From a virus, in the IMG/VR virus record IMGVR_UViG_3300036939_000082, positions 96,001 to 160,000 of that record: a stretch of 64,000 bases of DNA; one strand, written 5' to 3'. Below, one piece after another: positions 27,810 through 36,806 of the stretch. The stretch's first letter is position 1. Each line of letters starts with the position of its first letter. A model generated the notes under the pieces. It was not told the DNA's origin. It ran no database searches and saw only the letters and a program-made list of their open reading frames with translations. Both the position numbers and the translations under genes were made by a program.

Positions 27810-28688
27810 TCACATTACCCCGCCATCAATAACAGACAGTTCTTGCTGCACGAACGCGCAACTAGCAATTTCATTGGTTGCAGCACCTGCGATTGCTGTT
27901 GGAACAGTTCCGAAATCAGCTAGCGTACTGGGATTTTTGCCTGCAGTTGCCCTGCCGTAGGCATCAATCGTGATTATTCTGTACTCGCCAGGAGTAATTG
28001 CGGTAGTTGCTAAGTCGATCGCGTCTGCTGACACGACAATTCTTTGATTGGAAGCGCTTGCTACATTCAGCGTATTTCCATTTTTGGTTAGACCGTCACC
28101 GGGGGTGATCTGGCCTGCACCGCTGAACTGGGTAAATACTAGCGGAGTTGTATCGAGGGCGATCGGGTTTTTGGTTGCTAGCGTAAATCCAATACTGGCG
28201 TTTGCAGCACCTTCTGTAACGTAAGTGTACGTTCCCGACGGCATTTCAGAGCTAATGTCTGCGTCTGCATCGCGGATCAAAGTCCAAGGAACCGAAGCGG
28301 AACCGGGGTTGACCACCCGAAAGATCCCGTTTTGAGTTGCAGCGGTTTGATTCTTGACCAAAACGCGATCGTTTGCTGCTAGCAACACCTCGTCGATTGT
28401 TAGAGCTGCTAGCGTCCCAGTATTTGTCAGAGTCTTGTTGGCGTAGGACGCAGAGAGGTTGCCCGTTGTTGCAACCCGACAAGCAGCTTTAGTATTTAAT
28501 CCTTGAACAGCACTTCCAACAGCGTCAACAACAAAAGCGCGATCGGCGACTATTATACCGCCTGGAGTCGCTCCGTCTTGAACCCTCAGAGCCTTGAGTC
28601 CGGTGTCTAGAATTACTTCTCCCAACAAGCCCGTGTAGGTACTAGCTTTGTCGGTAGTTCCGCGTTTAAATAAAACTGTTGACGGCAT
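27810..28688 (-). CDS. tail fibre protein with Mtd-N-like N-terminus, ending VIDGGVM
   Basis: FKRGTT...GEVILDT...VQDG.TPGG; paralog of 26172..27134. Confidence 0.8.
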   Translation of the reverse strand: MPSTVLFKRGTTDKASTYTGLLGEVILDTGLKALRVQDGATPGGIIVADRAFVVDAVGSAVQGLNTKAACRVATTGNLSASYANKTLTNTGTLAALTIDEVLLAANDRVLVKNQTAATQNGIFRVVNPGSASVPWTLIRDADADISSEMPSGTYTYVTEGAANASIGFTLATKNPIALDTTPLVFTQFSGAGQITPGDGLTKNGNTLNVASASNQRIVVSADAIDLATTAITPGEYRIITIDAYGRATAGKNPSTLADFGTVPTAIAGAATNEIASCAFVQQELSVIDGGVM

Positions 28689-28691
28689 TTA

Positions 28692-29882
28692 TTATTTCCT
28701 CGCTTCTAATACTGTAATTCGACCCCGCAGTTCTTCGTTTGCTTGAGCTAATTCCTGAACGGCTTTAATCAAAGGCGCGATCAGTTCGTCGTACCCAATG
28801 CTCAATACATCATCTCCGCCACTGCGCGAGTGATCTTGAAGTCCGCCGAAATCTAAGCCTGTAGTTTTAATTAAATCTGCGACTTCTTGAGCTATAAGCC
28901 CGTGATGGAATCGTTTTTTCTTTTGGCTGCCGTCGTGAACGATATTGGCAAGTTTGCTTCTTTCTTGCCACTCTGCCATAATTGCGTCGTAAGCCGATTT
29001 CTCTTCATCCGAAACGTCTGGTAGTAAAGGTGGTGGCATAGGAGTGCGGTAAGAATCGCGCATATCCCAGCGGTAATCTACAGGTCTTAAAGCTTTTATA
29101 AACTCAAGACCTAAAACTGTCGGTCTAATATCTGCTTTGTCTCTTGCATCCGATCGGTTTTGAACTGTTCCGAAGACAAATGTAGTTGTTGCGCTGTCGC
29201 CCAACTGCACTTGATTTGATGCGCTCACGCTAGCGCCAGCTCCTATACCCGTACAATTAACCAACCCGGCTTGATTTAAAGCAGCAAATCCAACTGCTGT
29301 ATTGTTGTTGCCTGCTGTATTTGGGTTGAGAGCTAAAGTCCCTACTGCTACGTTGCTAGAACCAGAAGTATTTTCGTTTAGCGCATACATCCCCACACCT
29401 ACATTGTTCCCCCCAGTTGTGTTTTTGTTAAGACACAAAACACCTACTGCTGCGTTTTGAGAACCTGTAGTGTTGCGGGTCAACGCAAGACCAGCTCCAA
29501 TATTGTATCCGCCCGTCGTGTTAAAAGAGAAATCTCCGCCACTTCCTATTATGGTATTGTGAACGCCTGTTGTGCTTCCACCAACAGCTCCGCCACCACT
29601 CAATAACATAAAGCAGTTGCTATTATTTTTGTTAGCAATTGCTACTCCGTTAAAAAAAGCGTTTCCATTATTATCTATAGAAGCATTTACAGATTTTATT
29701 TTTTTACCTGTTATGCCGTCAAAGGCTACAATCTTAGAGTCTACGCTTGACTCTACACCTTCAACAACGGTCGCCTTAAACGCTGTGTTTTCAGCTCGAA
29801 CTTTTGTTAGTTCCGCTGCTACCGTGTTTTGCAGCGAAGTGGTGCTAGATACCAGCAACCCAACTTGATGTTCTAAACTCAT
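28692..29882 (-). CDS. tail fibre/spike with YadA-like repeats and C-terminal peptidase S74 intramolecular chaperone
   Basis: NxAVG..AL..NTTG repeats; RSDARDK...LRPVDYRW...HGLIAQEV...YDELIAPLIKAVQEL; ATG 29882 follows GGAG. Confidence 0.85.
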   Translation of the reverse strand: MSLEHQVGLLVSSTTSLQNTVAAELTKVRAENTAFKATVVEGVESSVDSKIVAFDGITGKKIKSVNASIDNNGNAFFNGVAIANKNNSNCFMLLSGGGAVGGSTTGVHNTIIGSGGDFSFNTTGGYNIGAGLALTRNTTGSQNAAVGVLCLNKNTTGGNNVGVGMYALNENTSGSSNVAVGTLALNPNTAGNNNTAVGFAALNQAGLVNCTGIGAGASVSASNQVQLGDSATTTFVFGTVQNRSDARDKADIRPTVLGLEFIKALRPVDYRWDMRDSYRTPMPPPLLPDVSDEEKSAYDAIMAEWQERSKLANIVHDGSQKKKRFHHGLIAQEVADLIKTTGLDFGGLQDHSRSGGDDVLSIGYDELIAPLIKAVQELAQANEELRGRITVLEARK

Positions 29883-29936
29883 ATATCTCTCCAAAACAAC
29901 AGAGGCCGCCCAAATAGCTTGGACGGCCGACGTAGC
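29883..29936 (-). promoter_or_regulatory. leader motif B copy 1 (GCTACGTC, 10-bp stem, U-rich tract, RBS)
   Basis: gctacgtc-ggccgtccaa-gctat-ttgggcggcc-tctgttgttttggag. Confidence 0.75.
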
Positions 29937-30054
29937 AAATTATTTATTTTTTATAGAGTGCTGCAAAAGCAGCACTTTCAACCCGATCGCCCGCGCAATC
30001 TCAGGATTTCTGTACCAAGCATATCGCGAAGGACGAAAACTTGCAAATTTTTAG

Positions 30055-30474
30055 CTAACCTTCGTCTTGAGGCTCCCAACTTTTGAATCCCGCCTGCTCG
30101 GGTCGGATAATGCAGGTTTGATTGATCGGGTCGCGCAAGGCGCTGGCAATTGCCGAAGGAACTCCGTGCATCCCCACTCGCCAATCTACTTTGTTAATTG
30201 ACTGGGTATTTCCCGCATTCACAGCACCCTGCGGCGCGTCAGAATTGCTGTTGCGGGTATAAATTGCCAAGTTTCCGTCAGAGATGGCGACCGGTTCCCT
30301 GCCGCGATACAAGTATTCGCCAGTTAACATACCTTCTTGGAAAAATACTATGCGATATTCGGCGACCGCACTCCACCCGATAACCCTAAATTCGGTTGGC
30401 GGGCGAAGTTTGTGAGGATTGGGGATGATTTTGCCGTCTTCTTTTATCAGTCTTTGGTAAAAATAAGGCTCCAT
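30055..30474 (-). CDS. hypothetical protein coupled to the lysin (likely start MEPYFY at 30474)
   Basis: ATG 1 bp after the lysin stop. Confidence 0.55.
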   Translation of the reverse strand: MEPYFYQRLIKEDGKIIPNPHKLRPPTEFRVIGWSAVAEYRIVFFQEGMLTGEYLYRGREPVAISDGNLAIYTRNSNSDAPQGAVNAGNTQSINKVDWRVGMHGVPSAIASALRDPINQTCIIRPEQAGFKSWEPQDEG

Positions 30475-30475
30475 A

Positions 30476-32002
30476 TCACACCATTTTAATTTGTGGGTGC
30501 GGCAAAACATCGCGGGGATTGACATCCTGGCCGTTAATGTAAACACCGAAATGTAGGTGAATGTTTTGCTGTCCGTACCCACAATCGGCACCAAAACCAG
30601 AACAACCACGCATTGCAATTTTCTGACCCGCTTGTACGGACTGACCTTCGGTGACGAGAAGAGGTGCTTGAAGGTGCATATACACGCTCTCCGTGTTGTC
30701 CCCGTGGTCGATGCGGATCATCCTGCCTTCTCCACCGCTAGGATCGCTTTTAGCTATTTTTACTTTGCCTGATTTGGCTGCAAATATTGCATCCGGATCT
30801 GGTCCAGAACCGAAACCGCCGTAATCGATTCCAGCGTGATGTCGCCCTCTAGCGCTTCCCCATTCGCACCTAGGTCCTGCAACTGTGTTTCCTTCAATAG
30901 GCATCGGCGATCGCCACCCTTGCTTTGAAACCGGCATTCCGCTTACCGTAACAGTCTGGGCAACGGCGCTTTCTGGAGCGGCTTGGTGTTTTTGCGGGGC
31001 GTCCGGTTTGGAAGCGTCGCCCCGAAACAGTTGAATTTTGGCGTTGGGGTCGGGTTTAAATGCCGTCACTTCCGCTTCGAGGCGATCGCCAAACAAGAAG
31101 AGAACTTCTTCCACAGTATAGGTATCGTCCAGTCCTTCTCCCAATCCCCGCGCTTCAAATGTCAGACCGGCGTCTAATTTTAAAATATCCGGCTGACCGT
31201 GAACGTCGAGGCAGAATTGAGCTATGTGAGTTTTGTGGGAGTCAAGGGCCATCAACCCCAGCGCTGCTTCCATCGCCCCCAACTGAGAAGTTGGGTTGTG
31301 CTGACCGACCATCGCGACCGCAGGCGCTCCCCCGGTATCAAAATCGGTTGCACCGGTGTTGCCGGGAAGGGCTGGCATCCCATCAATCCCCGACTTAAAA
31401 ATTTCCATTCCGCGATCGATCGCGGGCTTGAAGGTTCTGCCGAAATCGTTGTCGTGACCGTTGGGATTGCCCTGTATTTTGCGCCTTACCTCGTGCCAGT
31501 CTTGAGCCTCGGCAGAAATTTGACAGTTTTGGTTTGCATTGTGCTTTCCCTGCCAGTACATTACTGTTATTTTTGCTGCAATTTCTGGCTGTCCGGCTAG
31601 TTCTGGATTTTGCAGCAAAGGCAAATTCAACAGCTTCCCAAACATTTCGTAGTTGTAAGTATGCGTTAGTTGAATATACCCCCGTCCGCGAAAATTACTA
31701 CCTCCTTCGACTGATGAGCTTCCTGGTCCTATTTCTGATGCCGGTGTAAAATTCAGGGTTTCCGTTCCCATTGTGGCAATAATGCCAACAAGTTGATTCT
31801 TTGATTTCAACCCAGCTTCATTCATCGCTCTTAGAATGTAAGGCAAGTTTTTCCGGATCGAGTCAAGATCGAACTGAGGTAAAACTTTTTTTACGTCCTC
31901 CGGCGTCGGATAGGATTGCTGCGTCGGTTGCTGCGTGGCGGGGGCGATCGGTTTGGTTGCAGGAGTTGCAGGGGCGATCGGCTTAGTTTTTGTGTCTTCC
32001 AT
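30476..32002 (-). CDS. tail-associated peptidoglycan hydrolase: GH19 domain, gp27-like hub segment, M23 endopeptidase
   Basis: GTET..F.P..E...FRGRGYIQLT...NY; LDAG.TFEARGLG...YTVEEV; HAGID, VYMHL, HLHF. Confidence 0.85.
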   Translation of the reverse strand: MEDTKTKPIAPATPATKPIAPATQQPTQQSYPTPEDVKKVLPQFDLDSIRKNLPYILRAMNEAGLKSKNQLVGIIATMGTETLNFTPASEIGPGSSSVEGGSNFRGRGYIQLTHTYNYEMFGKLLNLPLLQNPELAGQPEIAAKITVMYWQGKHNANQNCQISAEAQDWHEVRRKIQGNPNGHDNDFGRTFKPAIDRGMEIFKSGIDGMPALPGNTGATDFDTGGAPAVAMVGQHNPTSQLGAMEAALGLMALDSHKTHIAQFCLDVHGQPDILKLDAGLTFEARGLGEGLDDTYTVEEVLFLFGDRLEAEVTAFKPDPNAKIQLFRGDASKPDAPQKHQAAPESAVAQTVTVSGMPVSKQGWRSPMPIEGNTVAGPRCEWGSARGRHHAGIDYGGFGSGPDPDAIFAAKSGKVKIAKSDPSGGEGRMIRIDHGDNTESVYMHLQAPLLVTEGQSVQAGQKIAMRGCSGFGADCGYGQQNIHLHFGVYINGQDVNPRDVLPHPQIKMV

Positions 32003-32047
32003 AAATAAAAAAAACTACCTAGGGAATCCCAGGCAGGGCGCGTGTTT
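32003..32047 (-). promoter_or_regulatory. leader motif A copy 4, directly before the lysin
   Basis: aaacacgcgccctgcctgggattccctaggtagttttttttattt-ATG. Confidence 0.7.
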
Positions 32048-32138
32048 TGCTTTGGTAACAGGCGGGTGGGCGATCGGGTTAGATGTTCAGTTTCTCAATA
32101 TCGTCGCGATTAAATTGCAGCCCGCGTCGAAATTGCTC

Positions 32139-32429
32139 TTAAGTCCAATCTCGAACGTGGGATTTACACATCGGATTTAACGCATTTAAAAATCGAAACA
32201 ACTTTTCTGTTGAAAAACCTGTCAGTTTTCCTTTGATCAACGCTGACATTTCTTGTTGGTCAATTCCTAATACTTCTGCTGCTTGAACTTGATTCAGTTT
32301 CCTTTGACGGAGGATCTTATTTATCTGTCTTACCAATTCAGCCTTTGCCAGCATTTCACCAGAATTAAGTAAACCCAAATCACTAAATATATTGCCACTA
32401 CTGACTTGAATGTTCATTTCTTTCCTCAT
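32139..32429 (-). CDS. HigA-like XRE HTH antitoxin, orphan
   Basis: SSGNIFSDLGL...KAELV..I...R.LNQ.QAAEVLGIDQ..MSAL..GKL.GFSTEKL. Confidence 0.8.
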   Translation of the reverse strand: MRKEMNIQVSSGNIFSDLGLLNSGEMLAKAELVRQINKILRQRKLNQVQAAEVLGIDQQEMSALIKGKLTGFSTEKLFRFLNALNPMCKSHVRDWT

Positions 32430-32585
32430 TATTTACTTTTCATTTTATTCTATCTTAGTTGTTCTATGGGTCTATTGATAAAAAAAAGCAATCAAGGGGA
32501 CTCTTCTTTGCGAGTCGATCGCCCTTAAGAGCCAGTCATTTGTCGAACAGCCCGATCGCCCACCATTGCCGTTAAGCCCAAAAAC

Positions 32586-32645
32586 AAGTATAATGACCTA
32601 AAACCTTTACAGCAAGCCCTTTCTGGGTATCCCAGAAAGGGCTTT
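32586..32645 (+). promoter_or_regulatory. -10 element and 14-bp-stem leader hairpin before the kinase
   Basis: AAGTATAAT, then aagccctttctggg-tat-cccagaaagggctt. Confidence 0.6.
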
Positions 32646-32663
32646 ATATTTTAAAAGCACACT

Positions 32664-34589
32664 ATGCTCACAAGTAAAAATTTTTTAGGGCTTCCGGCAC
32701 TTCCCCAGGGACGTACTTTGTCAAGTGAAGAGATATCCAGTGCAGCGATCGCCCTTGCAGCCAAAGTGAAGGAGATTGTTGGGTGCGACGGCGTGTTGGT
32801 ATGCGAGTTTAACTTAATACTGCCAAATCAAGGGCCGAGGATTATTGCAGACGCTTCTAAAGACAGGTGGAATGAAATAATAAACAAGGAATTTGTTGGC
32901 AGGCATTTAAGAAGTTTGTCGCAGCAAATTTACGCAAGTGTTGATATGAGCAAAGACAATTCTCCATACCACGAAGAGCTTTCTAGCCTTGGCATTGGCT
33001 CTGTTCTCAGCGGTTGCATAGAGGTTAACAATCTAGAATGGGGTGCGCTGATCTGCTGGAATAAAAATAGCTGCGAATGGGAAGAAAGCAATTTATTGTT
33101 GATTTTACAGACCTGTCAGTATTTAGAATACGCGATCGCCAGATCGATGTTGAAATCCGTATTTGTAGATCGGGGTCATACAAAAACAATCAGTAAAATT
33201 AAGTCATTGCTCAATACTCCAAGCGATTGGAAAACATTCCAAGTGTTGGTCAAAGCCTCTCTTCAGTCTTTAAGACAGTTGTTTCAAGCCAGCAATTGCT
33301 CTATATTGGTAGGCAACGAATGTTTGTTTACGCTAACAGAAGATCGCTTGTCAGTAACGAGAACCCCTTACTATCAGGACATAGTAACTAAAGACTTGGT
33401 TGTAGTTCCAATCTTTATCAACAGCATTCATTGGGGTTTTATAGAGATAGAATCGCCTTATCTTCCGTGGGATGAAGTAGAAAGTACGTTTTTGAGGAAA
33501 GCCGGGTTTATAATTTGTAGCGCGATCGCCAACAAAGAGTCTGATTACCTTCAAGCTTATTATTTAGATAGGATCATAGAAACAGCACCTATCGTTCTTT
33601 ACAAGCTTGACAAGTTAGGGATTTGCACTTTTTGCTTAGGCAACAATCTAGTTGATTACCAAATTTTTCATAAAGAACTGCTAGGAAAGAATATTTTTGA
33701 AGAGAATGCAGGATATCCAAAAAACCAACAATTTTTCAAGGAAGCTTTTGAACTTAGCACGCATTCGGGATTTGTAAGTGCTAACGGAACAATTTTTCAC
33801 AACCATACCGTACTGCTAGAAAACGGAGAAATTATAGGTGTCGCGATCGATTACACAGAACAGTTTACATTTCAAAAAGATTTGGAAACTGTTGTATACT
33901 CATTGTCTCACGACTTACAGGAACCGTTGAGGGCAATTTCCAACAACCACAAGCTACTAGAAAATAGATTGACAGCAATTGGAGTTCAGGATGATGAAAT
34001 CAGCAACCGCTTAAAAAAAGGATCGTCAAGCGTCAAAAAGTTATCTGAATTGATTGAAGAACAGTTGCAGTTGAGCCGAATAAACTCGACCAAAAAACCA
34101 TTTGAACAAAATGACAGTAAATCTATTATTCAAGAAGCGATAGATAATTTATCGGATTTAATAACTAGGAAAAACGCGCAAATTGAATTTGTGACACCTT
34201 TTTTTCCGACTATTAGCTGCGATCGCTCTCAAATGGTTTCGCTGTTTCAAAATTTAATTGGCAATGCTATCAAATTCAACAATCTTACCGAGCCTCCCTC
34301 AGTATGGATTAGCTGCAATTTAGAAGGAACTAGATTTTGGAAATACGGAATTGCCGATAACGGTATCGGTATAGATCCGCAGTATCAAAAACAAATTTTT
34401 GAAATTTGGAAAAGACTCCACAGTGAATCTGATTTCCCCGGCACAGGAATGGGGTTAGCTATTTGTCGCAAAATAATTAATCGACACAAGGGTAATATTT
34501 GGGTCGAATCAGAAGGCGACGGTACTGGAAGTATATTTTACTTTACAATTCCAGCGTCAACAGAAGGATTGTTGTTTAGTGCAATTTAA
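32664..34589 (+). CDS. GAF-GAF-PAS sensor histidine kinase with Cph1/BphP-type kinase core
   Basis: SHDLQEPLR, FQNLIGNAIKF, DNGIGID, GTGMGLAIC; two GAF-like domains and one PAS-like domain. Confidence 0.9.
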   Translation: MLTSKNFLGLPALPQGRTLSSEEISSAAIALAAKVKEIVGCDGVLVCEFNLILPNQGPRIIADASKDRWNEIINKEFVGRHLRSLSQQIYASVDMSKDNSPYHEELSSLGIGSVLSGCIEVNNLEWGALICWNKNSCEWEESNLLLILQTCQYLEYAIARSMLKSVFVDRGHTKTISKIKSLLNTPSDWKTFQVLVKASLQSLRQLFQASNCSILVGNECLFTLTEDRLSVTRTPYYQDIVTKDLVVVPIFINSIHWGFIEIESPYLPWDEVESTFLRKAGFIICSAIANKESDYLQAYYLDRIIETAPIVLYKLDKLGICTFCLGNNLVDYQIFHKELLGKNIFEENAGYPKNQQFFKEAFELSTHSGFVSANGTIFHNHTVLLENGEIIGVAIDYTEQFTFQKDLETVVYSLSHDLQEPLRAISNNHKLLENRLTAIGVQDDEISNRLKKGSSSVKKLSELIEEQLQLSRINSTKKPFEQNDSKSIIQEAIDNLSDLITRKNAQIEFVTPFFPTISCDRSQMVSLFQNLIGNAIKFNNLTEPPSVWISCNLEGTRFWKYGIADNGIGIDPQYQKQIFEIWKRLHSESDFPGTGMGLAICRKIINRHKGNIWVESEGDGTGSIFYFTIPASTEGLLFSAI

Positions 34590-34591
34590 AA

Positions 34592-35008
34592 ATGATGGCT
34601 AAGCATAGTGTTTTACTGGTTGAAGATTCGCCTGATGACGCTGAAATAGCAAAGATTGCTTTTGAAAAGACACAGCTCGACATCAATTTAGAAGTAGTTA
34701 AAACCGGGAGATCTGCTATTCTGAGATTGCAAGAAGTAAATCAACCGGATTTGGTTATTCTCGACTGGAATTTACCGCTCGTGTCGGGAAAAGAAGTTTT
34801 GTTTTTTATCAAAAGAACAGCAAGAATTAAGAGAATTCCTGTAGTTGTTCTGACTACATCAAAGAACACCCAAGATATAACTGATGCTTACGACGGTCAC
34901 TGCAATGCCTACACAGTAAAGCCATTAGAGTTTGATGACACGATAGAGCTGTTAAGCTCGATTGCGAATTTTTATTGCAGGTACACATTATCACCCAAAG
35001 AGCTATGA
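34592..35008 (+). CDS. Rcp1-like single-domain response regulator
   Basis: LLVEDS..D, LVILDWNLP, IPVVVLTTS, Y.VKP. Confidence 0.9.
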   Translation: MMAKHSVLLVEDSPDDAEIAKIAFEKTQLDINLEVVKTGRSAILRLQEVNQPDLVILDWNLPLVSGKEVLFFIKRTARIKRIPVVVLTTSKNTQDITDAYDGHCNAYTVKPLEFDDTIELLSSIANFYCRYTLSPKEL

Positions 35009-35916
35009 CAAGCGAGCGCGAGCCAATACTAATAATAGATGATTCCCCGAACGACGGAGAATTTGCGGAAATAATACTCCGAGAATCAGGTTTTGACGGA
35101 GTTACTTCTACTACAAGACTGTCTGATGCGATAGAAATCTTAAAAGCTGACAATACAATCAAGCGAGTTGTATTGGACTTGGGGGGGTTGGTAAGAAAAT
35201 CAGACAACCCTCTTGCTGCGTTAAACGCACTGGAAGCAGAAGGTTTTCCCGATCTTCAAATAGTCGTACTAACAGGAAACAAAAACCCCGCTCTTGTTCG
35301 AGAAATAGAAAAAAGAGGGTATCAGTGTTTGACAAAAGAAAATGCACTAGATTTAGTCGAAAAATCTAGTGCTCTGCCAGATGCCATCGCCAAGCTTGAA
35401 TCAAGCAACCTTAATCTGCGACAAAATATTCACGTAAACGAGCTGTTTGCAAGAGTTAAGAGGCTAGAAACTCAGATTGATGGAATACTTTTGCTTTCGG
35501 GAACAAGTAACTTGCAATCGCTAGCCATCGATGTTAAAGCCATAGAGTCTCAACTCAATTTGTTGTACGAACTAAAAGACCGCATCGCAGAGTTTGAACG
35601 TAGCGATCAAATTCTGCGCGAAACTATTGGCGAATTTCGACTAGAAATAAAAGTTATAAATACCGAGAAAAATATTGAGCTTTTGAAGTTGCTGAGCAAA
35701 GCTATTTGGCTGTTAAAACTCAATCAAAAATTTTGCAATTTGTGCGTTTTTGTGTTTACGGAAATGTATAAGATGGTATTTGAAAATATAAAAATAATCT
35801 TGCTTGGATGTGCCACCACAATAGTTGTCACTTCTTCTTTTTGGCACAAGTTAACAGATAATTTACCTGAAATACAAGAAAAAATCAAAACTACAATAGA
35901 AAATCTTTTGCGTTAA
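35005..35916 (+). CDS. receiver domain + coiled coil + C-terminal hydrophobic segment
   Basis: ILIIDDS, VVLDL, VVLTG, CLTK; ATGA overlap with the upstream stop; IILLGCATTIVVTSSFW. Confidence 0.75.
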   Translation: MTSEREPILIIDDSPNDGEFAEIILRESGFDGVTSTTRLSDAIEILKADNTIKRVVLDLGGLVRKSDNPLAALNALEAEGFPDLQIVVLTGNKNPALVREIEKRGYQCLTKENALDLVEKSSALPDAIAKLESSNLNLRQNIHVNELFARVKRLETQIDGILLLSGTSNLQSLAIDVKAIESQLNLLYELKDRIAEFERSDQILRETIGEFRLEIKVINTEKNIELLKLLSKAIWLLKLNQKFCNLCVFVFTEMYKMVFENIKIILLGCATTIVVTSSFWHKLTDNLPEIQEKIKTTIENLLR

Positions 35917-36338
35917 TTTAAAGATCTAAAAGTTAATGACAGGCGATCGCCCTCAATGTTCCAACCAATCAGCTCAACCAGATCGCCGTTCAAGTGGTGG
36001 CGCGATCGGATCAGCAGCGGCGGAACCTCAAATATTTTAGTCTCCAAAATCACCAACCGCCCCGAAACCGTTCTATCGTTAAATTTTTGCAGTCCCCAGT
36101 CAGATCGCATTTTTTCGGCAACCGCAAGGGCTGTTTTTAGATCGGCGATCGCGCTGTCTAGTTTTTCCGGTGGGGCGATCGTTACCGCTTCCGCAGCTTT
36201 GGTTGCATCCAGTCTGACGACCCAAGCTTTGAACTCATTGATTTTAACGATAAACTGTTCCAATGCAAAAATTAATTCTGATTCTGTGTTATACATGACT
36301 TGCGCTCGATCGCTTTTCCCTCTACAATACATTGGCAA
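35913..36338 (-). CDS. hypothetical protein
   Basis: ORF convergent on 35005..35916. Confidence 0.5.
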   Translation of the reverse strand: MPMYCRGKSDRAQVMYNTESELIFALEQFIVKINEFKAWVVRLDATKAAEAVTIAPPEKLDSAIADLKTALAVAEKMRSDWGLQKFNDRTVSGRLVILETKIFEVPPLLIRSRHHLNGDLVELIGWNIEGDRLSLTFRSLN

Positions 36339-36715
36339 CCAGTATTAAGGCAAATCAGATGCAAGCAGTTTTCCAAGAGCTACAGGAATTAATTACCGTT
36401 TTAAACGGTTTCGCTCCGGCTCTCGAACAGGCGATTGGTAGAATTAAATCACTGCGGGCCGAACTCAATTCACTGAAAGGCGAAGAACTAGCAGAAGACG
36501 AAAAACAAGCTAAGGATGAAGAAGCTCTGCTCGGAACCTTGAGAGCATTTACCTCTACTATTAGTACGATGTCACAAAAAGTTACAGAGGTAGTTGCCGA
36601 GGAGCCAGCACCAGTCGAGCTTGAAGTCGGACAGCCTCCCGTCCAGCCAGATACTGCTGTTCAATCAGTCACGACAATTCCACCAGTTCCTCCAGTTCAA
36701 ATTCCTACTGCTTAA
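36332..36715 (+). CDS. coiled-coil protein with Pro-rich tail
   Basis: ORF followed by a 41-bp palindrome. Confidence 0.55.
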   Translation: MATSIKANQMQAVFQELQELITVLNGFAPALEQAIGRIKSLRAELNSLKGEELAEDEKQAKDEEALLGTLRAFTSTISTMSQKVTEVVAEEPAPVELEVGQPPVQPDTAVQSVTTIPPVPPVQIPTA

Positions 36716-36739
36716 CATTTTTGACGCATTTTTGACACA

Positions 36740-36780
36740 AGAAAGCCTCGCAGAAACTCAGAGTTTCTGCGAGGCTTTCT
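36740..36780. terminator. bidirectional terminator/palindrome with 20-bp arms
   Basis: agaaagcctcgcagaaactc-a-gagtttctgcgaggctttct. Confidence 0.8.
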
Positions 36781-36806
36781 ATTTGATAGAGGGACTCAAA
36801 GATTTA

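Noticed and set aside
26172-28688. Tail-fibre shufflon or invertible segment
   Set aside because: The paralogs are in direct orientation; no invertase or inverted crossover sites seen.
26172-29882. Diversity-generating retroelement suggested by Mtd-N domains
   Set aside because: No reverse transcriptase, no adenine-specific TR/VR pair and no C-type lectin C-terminus seen in the window.
31930-31995. TKPIAPAT tandem repeat at the lysin N-terminus
   Set aside because: Low-complexity linker built on HIP1-like CCGATCGCCC; no separate function evident.
32664-34589. Calling the kinase a true phytochrome (cph1)
   Set aside because: No PAS-GAF-PHY module, no DIP motif and no CH bilin cysteine.
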